Shown piece by piece: positions 37,346-47,800 of a DNA stretch of 64,000 nt (within the stretch, counting starts at the first letter, position 1; the number at the start of each line of letters is the position of its first letter). The notes below the pieces were generated by a model. That model had not been told where the DNA came from and ran no database searches. It saw only the letters and a program-made list of their open reading frames with translations. Location: NCBI GenBank assembly GCA_963738405.1, contig CAVTWJ010000011.1, positions 27,903 through 91,902 of the forward strand, written 5' to 3'. The position numbers and the translations under genes are program-made. Source of the DNA: a candidate division FCPU426 bacterium. Lineage in GTDB: Bacteria; Oederibacteriota; Muellerivitia; Muellerivitales; Muellerivitaceae.

Positions 37346-38797
37346 ATGAAAAAGAACTCCCGGGGGGTCTTTCACACCATGGGTTTAAAATGTTTCAAAC
37401 TTTTCGCCGCCCTTTTTCTCCTGGCGGCCCCTTCCATTCTCCGGGCCCAGTTCGGCGGCGACGGCATCTACGGCGTTTATTACAACGGCATCAATTTCAA
37501 TACCGCGGCTGTCAGCGAAGTGGACCCCAGTGTCGATTTCCTCTGGCAAGGATGCATGAACGTTCCAGGTGTTTCGGCTACGGCTTTTTCAGTGAAATGG
37601 ACGGGGCAGATCGAGCCCGCTTACAGCCAGGCTTACACCTTCACCGCTGCGGTGAACGGGGGAGTCAGCCTGATCGTCAACGGCCAGGTTTTAGTGAATC
37701 AATGGACCGAAAATACCACCACTTCTTACTTTACGGGCACCATCAACCTGACCGCAGGCGTGACGGTTCCCATGGAAGTCGATTATTTCGCCAACGGCGG
37801 AAGCCCCCAGATGCAGGTTTTCTGGCAGTGCGCTTCCCAGCCCTATGCGGTCATCCCCCGTGAAGATTCCTTTTCCGGCACGAATCCCGGACCCGCTCCG
37901 ACGCCCCAGGTCGTGACCGCCTGCGGGCAAACCGCCATGATCGACGGGGTCCTGAATGAGCCACCCTGGAATGAAGGGCTGCCCTTTTCCCAAGTCACCA
38001 AAACGGTCAGCGGGCAGGTTTTCGGCACCACAGCCCTTTTTAAGATCGTGTGGGATGCCAACAATTTGTATCTTGGAACCCAGGTGATGGACAGCCAGTT
38101 GACCAATGTGGGGACGAATGAGCCTTATACGGGTTCGGCGGTCGAACTTTTCCTTAATATGGATAATGACCGGTCCATCACCATCACTTCTCATGATTTT
38201 CAATATGTCTTTGGCTGGGGCCAAACCACTCCCTGGGAAAGTTTAAACCGGATCACTGGCGTCACGATGAAGACCCCCCCCACCTCAACTGGTTATATCG
38301 TCGAAGCGTCCATTCCCTGGTCCACCTTGGGGGTCACTCCGCTTCAAGGGACTGTGTTGGGGTTTGACGTAGGGGTGGATGTCAACCATAACGGCGGCAT
38401 CTGCAGGGACGGCCAAATGATGTTTAACGGAAACACCGATAATTATCTGGATACGAGCGCTTACGGCGTTTTGGATCTTGGCACGGCCTGTCCCACGCCG
38501 GTTGCCACCCCGCCCGCCCCCAATAATAAACCCTATGTTTATTCCAACCCTTCCAGCGGGCCCAATGTGACTTTCGTTTATGACATGGCGGAGAATGGCA
38601 GTGTCCAGATCGGCGTATTGAACGACGCGGGCGACGTGGTCGCCACGATACAAGACAAAAAACCCCCAGGCGTCCAGGAAAGCGTGTTGAACATCCAATC
38701 CTTCGCTCCTGGCCACTATTTCTACCGTGTGGTGTTAAGTTACAATTCCGGCCGGAAGAATGTTTATGCCCCGGCCGTCCTGGCTGTCTTCAAATAA
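37346..38797 (+). CDS. Secreted PA14 + CBM9/DOMON-like protein with CTD
   Basis: PA14 (GVYYNG.NF..VDP.VDF.W..FSVKWTGQI), CBM9-like (IDGVLNE..W, WDANNLYLG..V.D, GYIVEASIPWSTLG..GFDV), C-terminal YSNPS..PGHYFY..LAVFK. Confidence 0.85.
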   Translation: MKKNSRGVFHTMGLKCFKLFAALFLLAAPSILRAQFGGDGIYGVYYNGINFNTAAVSEVDPSVDFLWQGCMNVPGVSATAFSVKWTGQIEPAYSQAYTFTAAVNGGVSLIVNGQVLVNQWTENTTTSYFTGTINLTAGVTVPMEVDYFANGGSPQMQVFWQCASQPYAVIPREDSFSGTNPGPAPTPQVVTACGQTAMIDGVLNEPPWNEGLPFSQVTKTVSGQVFGTTALFKIVWDANNLYLGTQVMDSQLTNVGTNEPYTGSAVELFLNMDNDRSITITSHDFQYVFGWGQTTPWESLNRITGVTMKTPPTSTGYIVEASIPWSTLGVTPLQGTVLGFDVGVDVNHNGGICRDGQMMFNGNTDNYLDTSAYGVLDLGTACPTPVATPPAPNNKPYVYSNPSSGPNVTFVYDMAENGSVQIGVLNDAGDVVATIQDKKPPGVQESVLNIQSFAPGHYFYRVVLSYNSGRKNVYAPAVLAVFK

Positions 38798-38798
38798 C

Positions 38799-40151
38799 AT
38801 GGGCCCACCGGCTACATACTCCGACCAGAAAAATTCAAACCTCCATAAAATTTTGATCCTGATTTGCTGGCTTATCGCATCAACCATCTTCACCGCCCCA
38901 CCAGGGTCCGCCCAAACGGTTATCTCGAACGCCGCCGGGTCAGCGGAAAATCTTGAAAACGCCGGCGCGTCCGCCCGGGTGTACGGCATGGGCACGGCTT
39001 TCGTTGGGGTCGCTGATGACGTGTCCTCCCTCTTTTTCAACCCAGCGGGACTTTCAGGGATTTCCCTTTCTCAACTAGTCTTGAACCATAACAGCTACTT
39101 GGCGGGGACGTTCCAAGAGACCCTGGCTTATGGTTTTCCCGCCGGAAATGTGGGAGGCATTGCCACTGCGATCAATTACATTAATTGGGGCAGTTTGGAT
39201 TTGAGGGATAACTACGGTTTATCCCAGGGATCGTACACCGATACCGATGTGAGCCTGGTTTTGGGATGGGGCAAGGAATGGGCGAAGGGTTTATCGCTTG
39301 GGCTCGCGTTCGAGGGGGTCCAACAAAAAATAGTGAATAACCTCTACAACATCTTTTCAGCCCGGTTGGGATTGCTTTGGCGCCCGGCGGATTCCCTCAA
39401 GCTGGGAGCCTCCTATTCCAACCTGGGTACGGACGTGGCGGGGAATACTCTCGCCCAAAGCTTCCAGGCCGGGGGTTCCTATAGCCTCCCCTTGGAGAAA
39501 AACAAGGAACTTCTTTGGGCCATCACAGGAGACTGGGAACCCCTGGGGATCAGCAGGCTCCAATGCGGGATGGAAGGGGGATGGGACCGAACCGTAATGG
39601 TCCGGGCCGGTTACCAGACTCCACTTGACGGCCAGATAGCCGGGGGTTCCACGGCCTTTTCCCTAGGGGCTGGGTTGAAGCTGGGCGACTTCAGCCTGGA
39701 TTACGCCTATATCCCTTTCGGGGATTTCGGGGTTTCCAACCGGATCAGCCTCGGTTACGAGTTTCCGCCAGCGCCCAAGGAAGTGGTACAGGTGCCGGTG
39801 ACAGTCATCCAGCGGGTGATGGTTCCTGCGCCGACCCCCGCGGCCATATCCCCCGCGTTGGATTCTCCCAAAACTGCCATCCAAGTGAAATTCACGATTC
39901 CTTCCGGGCAGGGAGATGCCGGGGTCACGACCCTTTCCCCCACGCAGCAGGAAACCCGGATACAAAGCTTTCTTCAATTGATAAAAAGCGACCCTCAAAA
40001 CCCTAAGAATTGGTGGCAATTGGGGAGTCTTTACTACCAAATGCGTCAAAAAGCGTCCGCCATTCAGTGCTTTGAACAAGTCCTCCGTTTAAAACCGGAT
40101 AACAAGGCCCTCTCCGATTGGCTCGAAAAATATAAAGCCGCTGGTCCCTAA
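38799..40151 (+). CDS. PorV/PorQ-like beta-barrel with C-terminal TPR
   Basis: GASARVYGMGTAFVGVADDVSSLFFNPAGL, LDYAYIPFGDFGVSNRISLGYEF, Pro-rich linker, TPR (WWQLGSLYY..AIQCFEQVLRLKPDN). Confidence 0.88.
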   Translation: MGPPATYSDQKNSNLHKILILICWLIASTIFTAPPGSAQTVISNAAGSAENLENAGASARVYGMGTAFVGVADDVSSLFFNPAGLSGISLSQLVLNHNSYLAGTFQETLAYGFPAGNVGGIATAINYINWGSLDLRDNYGLSQGSYTDTDVSLVLGWGKEWAKGLSLGLAFEGVQQKIVNNLYNIFSARLGLLWRPADSLKLGASYSNLGTDVAGNTLAQSFQAGGSYSLPLEKNKELLWAITGDWEPLGISRLQCGMEGGWDRTVMVRAGYQTPLDGQIAGGSTAFSLGAGLKLGDFSLDYAYIPFGDFGVSNRISLGYEFPPAPKEVVQVPVTVIQRVMVPAPTPAAISPALDSPKTAIQVKFTIPSGQGDAGVTTLSPTQQETRIQSFLQLIKSDPQNPKNWWQLGSLYYQMRQKASAIQCFEQVLRLKPDNKALSDWLEKYKAAGP

Positions 40152-40202
40152 CAGGGTGCTGGAAAAGTCTTTTTCCACCCTGTCTACAGCCACGGGCCAT
40201 GA

Positions 40203-40283
40203 GCGAATCGCCTTAGATCCCTTGTTAATCAAGGGATGATTCGCGACACAGATTACGAAAAAATCCGTCGTTCGGACTTTTTT
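40203..40283 (+). terminator. Hairpins / putative terminator after the PorV-like gene
   Basis: ATCCCTTG-TTAAT-CAAGGGAT stem extended by GCGAATC/GATTCGC, then TCCG..CGGA-CTTTTTT. Confidence 0.35.
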
Positions 40284-40846
40284 ATCATTCCTGCTAAGCC
40301 ATTTAAAACCCGCCTTGTTTCTTCTTTGCCTTTTATAAACTCAAACTTGCATCACGGCAGAAACCGTCACAACCGTAGTCCCCATGAAAAATGTGGAACT
40401 ATCCTTCGTTCAAATTTCATGAAACAAGCGGTACGAAAGATTTCACCATTTACCAGCTCAGCCGGAATTTCCGAGCGTTTGGGAAATTCCGGGCAATCGT
40501 TGGACAAAGCCCGGCAAGGCCCTCCTGCTCCATTTTTTAAAAAAATATTTCAATCTTTTGGGAGTGCATCCATTAACGCTTTTAGGTTTACGGTTAAAAT
40601 TCGATGTTTTACCGCAGCCCGATCTATTTTTCCGATTTCCAAGATTTTCCGGTTCAGTGGAATAAACCGTCCTTGCCAAAGGATTTAAGTAATAGGGACT
40701 TCTTGGCTAACTCTTAAAAACAATCTTCGTGATCCGGGAAATCACCCCTGCCGGTTTTGAACATCCGGCCCAAACAACCAGGTTTGGGCATGATCGTTGA
40801 GGTGGGAGCGACGGGCAATTTATTTCTAATCTTGAAGGAGACGGAA

Positions 40847-43800
40847 ATGAAAAGCATAAAAACCGCATTGAAAGGCCTTTTCATTTTATTACTGGGGGGC
40901 AACCTTTCCGCGCTTTACGCCCAGGCCAACATCACCGTCAACGCCTCTTCGGTGGTCACGACAATCCCCTCCGAAATTTACGGCACCAATATGTCCACCT
41001 ATACCTCTTCCAACAACGGCTCGGACCCGGCTTATGTAACTGCCATGCAGGTTTCCGGCAGCCGCAACATCCGCTGGCCAGGAGGCTCTTACGCCGATTT
41101 CGTCAATTGGAATGATCTTCAATGCCAGGGCAACTTCGAGGTCACCACGCCCGAATACATCTCCTTCCTCCAGAAATTCGGTGGACAAATGCAGGCCATC
41201 GTGAATTTCAGCGGCAAATGGTGCGGCACCCAATATACCCATGCCCAGGCCGTCAGCCTAGCCGCCGCTTGGGTCTCTTGGAACCTGACTAACACGGGTT
41301 CGGCCCGCGCGAAATATTGGGAGATCGGGAACGAAGTTTACGGAAGTTGGGAAACAGGAGGACAGGGTTCGGCAGGTAGCACATTGACCGGCACGGTTTA
41401 TGGCAATTATTTCGCCGATTACTATAAAGCGATGAAAGCGGTGGACCCGACCATCCTCATCGGGGCGGTGGCTTCGCCCGGCGCCTCCGATTACAGCAAC
41501 TGGACCCCGCGTTTACTCACCGCCGCTAAAGCCGCCGGAGTCGTACCTGACTTCCTTATCATCCACAATTATCCTGATGGCGCAACCGGTACAGGTTCGG
41601 CCTTTGACGCCACAATGCTTAGCTACGCCAGCCTGCCCGCCAACTTCACTTCCAGCCTGAACAGCCTCGTGTCATCGAATGTGGGCAGTTCCTACGTCGG
41701 ACAAGTGAAATACTTTATGACCGAATACAACTCAGGTGGGCCAAGCGGTCCAAATGTTCAATGTGACGAGTACATCAATGCCATGTTCGTGTCCCAATGG
41801 ATCATGGAATGCGCCAAGAACGGGTGGATCGGGGCCAACCTATGGGCCGCAAAAAACGGAGGCACTCCCGATTACGCTTTCATCAATACCAGTACGGACG
41901 CCCCCTTCCCGGATTATTACATGTTCCCCATGCTGACGGGTAAGTTCGGCGCGGGAATGGTCTCCTGCTCCAGCAGCAATTCCAGTGTCAGGTCCTATGC
42001 TTCCAAAGATTCCGCCGGCAACCTTACCCTCTTCATGGTTAACAACAATCCAACTACGAGTATGCCGGCCAATGTCACAGTCTCGGGATTCACGCCGGCC
42101 TCATCAGGCCACGCCTGGGTGATGCTTCCTTCAGGAACTTCATCGAGCGGGGCGCCCCAGGAGGCGCCGAGCATTTCCATCAACGGAAACGTGAACCCGG
42201 CGCCTGCTAACCTTGCCTCTATCGCGGGGGTAGCCCAGACCACGGGATCAACCTTTACGGTCAATCTCCAGCCCAGCGAGATGGCCCTGATTGTCATTCC
42301 ACCTACCGGTGGTACTCCCCAACCCACGCCGACCAACACTCCCTGTACACCCACCGCCATCATCCCTTACCTTCAAGTGAACGCGGGGACATGGCAGCAG
42401 GCCAGCAGCGTTACCGTAAGTGCGGGCGCGACGGTCAACCTGGGACCCCAGCCCGTGACTGGCGGCACCTGGAGTTGGACCGGCCCCAACGGTTTTACCT
42501 CCACTTCGCGGGAGATCGACAACATCCCCTTGGGCGCCGGCAACAACACCTTCACGGCGACCTACACGAACGCCTGCGGCCTCAAGACCACGCAAACCTT
42601 CACCATCACGGTGCAATCCGCGCCGACGGCCACTTTCACCTTTACGCCCACCTCGGCGGCGCCTACAGCCACCTTTACCCATACCCCCACCCCGACTTCC
42701 ACGCCGACTCCGATTGTGTCCTCCAGCTGGCGTGTGAACGCCGGAGGCCCGGCCTATACCGATACCACGAGCAATATCTGGGCTTCGGACGAGAACTTTA
42801 GCGGCGGATCGGTGGCCAGCGGCGGGGCCGTGACCGGAACCTCCGATTCGACCCTTTACGACACCCAGCGCTACGGGAACAGTTTCAGCTATTCATTCTT
42901 CGTCCCTGCGGGCAGTTACCAGGTGACCCTGAAGTTTGCCGAGACCTATTCGGGCGACTTCTCGGCCGGAGCCCGTGTCTTCAACGTGGCCGTCAACGGG
43001 TCCACCGTGCTTTCCAACCTGGACGTTTACGCCCAGGTGGGCGCCAACACGGCGGACGACAAGCTGATCAACAACGTGTCACCCAGCGGAGGAATCATTA
43101 CTATCCAGTTCACGGGAGGGTCCAGCACGGACACGAACGCCATGGTGGAAGCCATCCAGGTCATTCCCCAGCCCGCCACGCCTACCTTTACGAATACACC
43201 GACGAGAACCTCGTCGGCCACGGGTACACCTACGGCAACGTCCACGGCCACTCGTACCTCGACGGCTACCTTTACCTTCACCCCGACGGTGACCAGTACG
43301 GCGACCGCGAGCCGGACCAGTACAGCGGTGCCGCCTACCGCGACGAATACGGCAATCCCGCCGACTTCGACCTTCACCTCGGTGCCTGCCACAGCGACCG
43401 CTACCAACAGCCCGGTACCGCCAACCGTGACCAATACGCCTGCTCCGCCGAGTCCAACGGTCTCCCAAACCCCAACCAATACCTATACGTTTACTGGGAC
43501 GGTTACCAACACCCCGGCGCCTCCAACGGCTACGAATACGGCCGCGCCGCCTACCTTTACCTTCACTGACACCCCGGTGCCTCCCACAACGACGGATTCG
43601 ATGACGCCTACGGCGTCCCTCACCGTTACGCCAACAAATAGTCCTGTGCCACCGACGGTGACGAACACGCCGGTACCGCCGACGGTCACGAATACCCCAG
43701 CGCCACCGACTGTTACCAGTACCAGCACGGCGGTTCCGCCGAGTCCAACGGTCTCCCAAACCCCAACCCATACCTATACGTTTACTGGGACGGCAACTTT

Positions 43801-44722
43801 CACCAATACCTTTACCCACACCAACACGCCGGTACCGCCGACTGCCACCTTCACGCCCACGCCTTCCGGGGCGGCGGCCTTGACCGTGGAACTGTTGTCG
43901 TCGATCACGGCCGATTCCACCAACAGCCCCCATCCTTTCATCGAGGTGGTCAATACCGGGAGCGGGTCCTTGAACCTGAACAACGTGGAAGTGCGCTATT
44001 GGTTCAACTGCGATTGCACCAACCAAAGCATCCAAACCTGGGTGGATTGGGCGGGGTTGATGCCCGCGGGGACTTCGGTGACGAATGACGTGTTGCACAC
44101 CACCGTAGCCACCAGCCAGGGCGGCCAGACCGACTACATCAGCTACAAGTTCACGGGCAACCTGGTGCTGCAGCCTGGGCAGGCTATCCAGATCCAGAGC
44201 CGGTTCAACAAGAGCGACTGGAGCAACATGCTCCAGGACAACGACTGGAGCTACGCGGCCTACACCAGCTACACCCCAGCGACCAAGGTCACAGCCTATG
44301 AGGGCGGGTCCCTGGTTTGGGGCCAAGAACCTTCCGGCTCCTCAGCGGCCTTGAAGGCGGCCAGCGTGATCGCCTACCCGAACCCCTCCACGGGGAACGG
44401 GGTAAACCTGGCGGTTAATTTGTCGGGTAACGGCACGGGCAGCTCCAATGCCAGCGCCAAGGCGCTGGGTTCGTCGGATGGAGAGGGAATTGATCCGAAC
44501 GCCGAGGTCACCCTCAAGGCCTATACCATCGACGGACGTCTGATCTGGTCGACCACGGTTTCAGGAGCTTCCATCGGGTCCACCGGCAACCATTCGGTTT
44601 ATTGGAACGAGAAGAACTACGTGGGGAATTACCTGGCCAACGGGCTTTACATCGTGACCTGCACGGTGAAATCCCAGGGCCAGACCAGCACCGCCACCTC
44701 TAAATTATTGATCCTGAGGTAG
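40847..44722 (+). CDS. Modular clan GH-A glycoside hydrolase: GH - Ig - malectin - P/T linker - CBM3 - CTD
   Basis: RWPGGSYAD, YWEIGNE, MTEYNS; WSWTGPNGF Ig; malectin (RVNAGG, LYDTQRYG, Y.VTLKFAE, RVFNV); CBM3 (VVNTGS..LNLNNVEVRYWF, IQSRFNKSDWSN..QDNDWSY); YPNP..KLLILR. Confidence 0.9.
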   Translation: MKSIKTALKGLFILLLGGNLSALYAQANITVNASSVVTTIPSEIYGTNMSTYTSSNNGSDPAYVTAMQVSGSRNIRWPGGSYADFVNWNDLQCQGNFEVTTPEYISFLQKFGGQMQAIVNFSGKWCGTQYTHAQAVSLAAAWVSWNLTNTGSARAKYWEIGNEVYGSWETGGQGSAGSTLTGTVYGNYFADYYKAMKAVDPTILIGAVASPGASDYSNWTPRLLTAAKAAGVVPDFLIIHNYPDGATGTGSAFDATMLSYASLPANFTSSLNSLVSSNVGSSYVGQVKYFMTEYNSGGPSGPNVQCDEYINAMFVSQWIMECAKNGWIGANLWAAKNGGTPDYAFINTSTDAPFPDYYMFPMLTGKFGAGMVSCSSSNSSVRSYASKDSAGNLTLFMVNNNPTTSMPANVTVSGFTPASSGHAWVMLPSGTSSSGAPQEAPSISINGNVNPAPANLASIAGVAQTTGSTFTVNLQPSEMALIVIPPTGGTPQPTPTNTPCTPTAIIPYLQVNAGTWQQASSVTVSAGATVNLGPQPVTGGTWSWTGPNGFTSTSREIDNIPLGAGNNTFTATYTNACGLKTTQTFTITVQSAPTATFTFTPTSAAPTATFTHTPTPTSTPTPIVSSSWRVNAGGPAYTDTTSNIWASDENFSGGSVASGGAVTGTSDSTLYDTQRYGNSFSYSFFVPAGSYQVTLKFAETYSGDFSAGARVFNVAVNGSTVLSNLDVYAQVGANTADDKLINNVSPSGGIITIQFTGGSSTDTNAMVEAIQVIPQPATPTFTNTPTRTSSATGTPTATSTATRTSTATFTFTPTVTSTATASRTSTAVPPTATNTAIPPTSTFTSVPATATATNSPVPPTVTNTPAPPSPTVSQTPTNTYTFTGTVTNTPAPPTATNTAAPPTFTFTDTPVPPTTTDSMTPTASLTVTPTNSPVPPTVTNTPVPPTVTNTPAPPTVTSTSTAVPPSPTVSQTPTHTYTFTGTATFTNTFTHTNTPVPPTATFTPTPSGAAALTVELLSSITADSTNSPHPFIEVVNTGSGSLNLNNVEVRYWFNCDCTNQSIQTWVDWAGLMPAGTSVTNDVLHTTVATSQGGQTDYISYKFTGNLVLQPGQAIQIQSRFNKSDWSNMLQDNDWSYAAYTSYTPATKVTAYEGGSLVWGQEPSGSSAALKAASVIAYPNPSTGNGVNLAVNLSGNGTGSSNASAKALGSSDGEGIDPNAEVTLKAYTIDGRLIWSTTVSGASIGSTGNHSVYWNEKNYVGNYLANGLYIVTCTVKSQGQTSTATSKLLILR
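42347..43440 (+). repeat. ~1.09-kb near-identical block (Ig-malectin-linker) repeated at 45910-47003
   Basis: Constant offset 3563; only three substitutions noticed by eye. Confidence 0.92.
43826..44697 (+). repeat. ~0.87-kb near-identical block (CBM3-CTD) repeated at 47275-48146; more diverged copy at ~52180-53000
   Basis: Constant offset 3449; encoded CBM3-CTD nearly identical in the two proteins. Confidence 0.92.
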
Positions 44723-44850
44723 GGAAAAGCTCGAAATTTGCCACAAGAATCGAAGAGAAATAAATGAAGATTTTTACTTTTGAATCAAGACAAGGTTGAA
44801 AAAGGGAGTCGCTAATAACGGGTTTAGAAACGAACTAGGGGAGGTTGAAG

Positions 44851-47800
44851 ATGAAAATATTCAAAGCCGTGCTGCCGGGACTCGTGATCCTATTGTTGGG
44901 GGCGAACGTTTCAGCGCTATACGCCCAAACCATTCCCACCTCGTTCTCATGGACATCGACCGGCCCTATCATCAGCGCCAAGAGCGACGCCACCCACAAT
45001 ATAGTCTCGGTCAAGGACCCATCAACCGTTTACTACAACGGCCAGTGGATCGTTTACGCCTCCAATGCTAACTCCGCTGGCGGCTGGGGCATGGAATACC
45101 TGCACTTCACCGACTGGAGCCAGGCCGGTGCCGCAACACCCTACTTCATGGATGACAACCCCAACTTCTCGGGCTATCACACCGCGCCGCAAGTGTTCTA
45201 TTTCGCCCCGCAGAACAAGTGGTACCTGATCTTCCAGAGCGGCCAGCCTCAGTATTCCACCAACAGCGACCCCACCCAGCCCCAGAACTGGACCGCTCCA
45301 AGGAATTTCTTCGCCTCGCAGCCCTCGAATGTGAGCGCTTGGCTCGATTTCTGGGTCATCTGCGATTCCACCAATGCCTACCTGTTCTTCTGCGGCGACA
45401 ACGGAAACTTCTACCGCAGCTCAACCCCCCTCGCGAACTTTCCCAACGGCTTCAGCGATCCCACTATCGTCTACTCGGAAGCCAATTCCGCCAATCTCTT
45501 CGAGGCCGACAATGTCTATACCGTCGAGGGGACCGGTATGTACCTGGCTAACATCGAGTGCATGGGTCCCAATGGGCACCGCTTCTTCCGGGCCTTGACC
45601 GCGACCAGCCTCGGCGGCGCCTGGACCCCGCTCGGCAATACGTTAAGTTTCAATACCCCGTTTTTGGGATTGGACAACGTTACCTTTCAATCCGGTGTCA
45701 CAACCTGGACCGACGACTTCAGCAGCGGCGGGGCGCTCATCGACGGCAATGACCAAACCGATCCGATCAACATCAACAACCTTCAGTTTCTCTACCAGGG
45801 CGTCAATCCAAATGTTCATGTCACGTCCTACGCACTGCTTCCCTACCAACTCGGCCTGGCGACCTCAAACGCCAACAAGCCCACTAGCCCGACCCCGACC
45901 CCCGGCTGCACACCCACCGCCATCATCCCTTACCTTCAAGTGAACGCGGGGACATGGCAGCAGGCCAGCAGCGTTACCGTAAGTGCGGGCGCGACGGTCA
46001 ACCTGGGACCCCAGCCCGTGACTGGCGGCACCTGGAGTTGGACCGGCCCCAACGGTTTTACCTCCACTTCGCGGGAGATCGACAACATCCCCTTGGGCGC
46101 CGGCAACAACACCTTCACGGCGACCTACACGAACGCCTGCGGCCTCAAGACCACGCAAACCTTCACCATCACGGTGCAATCCGCGCCGACGGCCACTTTC
46201 ACCTTTACGCCCACCTTGGCGGCGCCTACAGCCACCTTTACCCATACCCCCACCCCGACTTCCACGCCGACTCCGATTGTGTCCTCCAGCTGGCGTGTGA
46301 ACGCCGGAGGCCCGGCCTATACCGATACCACGAGCAATATCTGGGCTTCGGACGAGAACTTTAGCGGCGGATCGGTGGCCAGCGGCGGGGCCGTGACCGG
46401 AACCTCCGATTCGACCCTTTACGACACCCAGCGCTACGGGAACAGTTTCAGCTATTCATTCTTCGTCCCTGCGGGCAGTTACCAGGTGACCCTGAAGTTT
46501 GCCGAGACCTATTCGGGCGACTTCTCGGCCGGAGCCCGTGTCTTCAACGTGGCCGTCAACGGGTCCACCGTGCTTTCCAACCTGGACGTTTACGCCCAGG
46601 TGGGCGCCAACACGGCGGACGACAAGCTGATCAACAACGTGTCGCCCAGCGGAGGAATCATTACCATCCAGTTCACGGGAGGGTCCAGCACGGACACGAA
46701 CGCCATGGTGGAAGCCATCCAGGTCATTCCCCAGCCCGCCACGCCTACCTTTACGAATACACCGACGAGAACCTCGTCGGCCACGGGTACACCTACGGCA
46801 ACGTCCACGGCCACTCGTACCTCGACGGCTACCTTTACCTTCACCCCGACGGTGACCAGTACGGCGACCGCGAGCCGGACCAGTACAGCGGTGCCGCCTA
46901 CCGCGACGAATACGGCAATCCCGCCGACTTCGACCTTCACCTCGGTGCCTGCCACAGCGACCGCTACCAACAGCCCGGTACCGCCAACCGTGACCAATAC
47001 GCCGCTGCCTCCGACTGTGACGAATACCCCGGCCCCACCTACTGTCACAGACACACCAATGCCCCCGACGCCAACTGGAACCAGCACGCCCGTTCCCCCC
47101 ACGGCGACGGATTCGATGACGCCTACGGCGTCCCTCACCGTTACGCCAACAAATAGTCCTGTGCCACCGACTGTTACCAGTACCAGCACGGCGGTTCCAC
47201 CGAGTCCAACGGTCTCCCAAACCCCAACCCATACCTATACGTTTACTGGGACGGCTACCTTCACCTTTACCAATACGCCGGTACCGCCGACTGCCACCTT
47301 CACGCCCACGCCTTCCGGGGCGGCGGCCTTGACCGTGGAACTGTTGTCGTCGATCACGGCCGATTCCACCAACAGCCCCCATCCTTTCATCGAGGTGGTC
47401 AATACCGGGAGCGGGTCCTTGAACCTGAACAACGTGGAAGTGCGCTATTGGTTCAACTGCGATTGCACCAACCAAAGCATCCAAACCTGGGTGGATTGGG
47501 CGGGGTTGATGCCCGCGGGGACTTCGGTGACGAATGACGTGTTGCACACCACCGTAGCCACCAGCCAGGGCGGCCAGACCGACTACATCAGCTACAAGTT
47601 CACGGGCAACCTGGTGCTGCAGCCTGGGCAGGCTATCCAGATCCAGAGCCGGTTCAACAAGAGCGACTGGAGCAACATGCTCCAGGACAACGACTGGAGC
47701 TACGCGGCCTATACCAGCTACACCCCAGCGACCAAGGTCACAGCCTATGAGGGCGGGTCCCTGGTTTGGGGCCAAGAACCTTCCGGCTCCTCAGCGGCCT

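Noticed and set aside
40236..40688. 150-aa ORF or riboswitch in the long intergenic region
   Set aside because: No protein-like motifs and no recognisable riboswitch consensus; an Rfam/Infernal scan of this region and of 35630-35930 would settle it.
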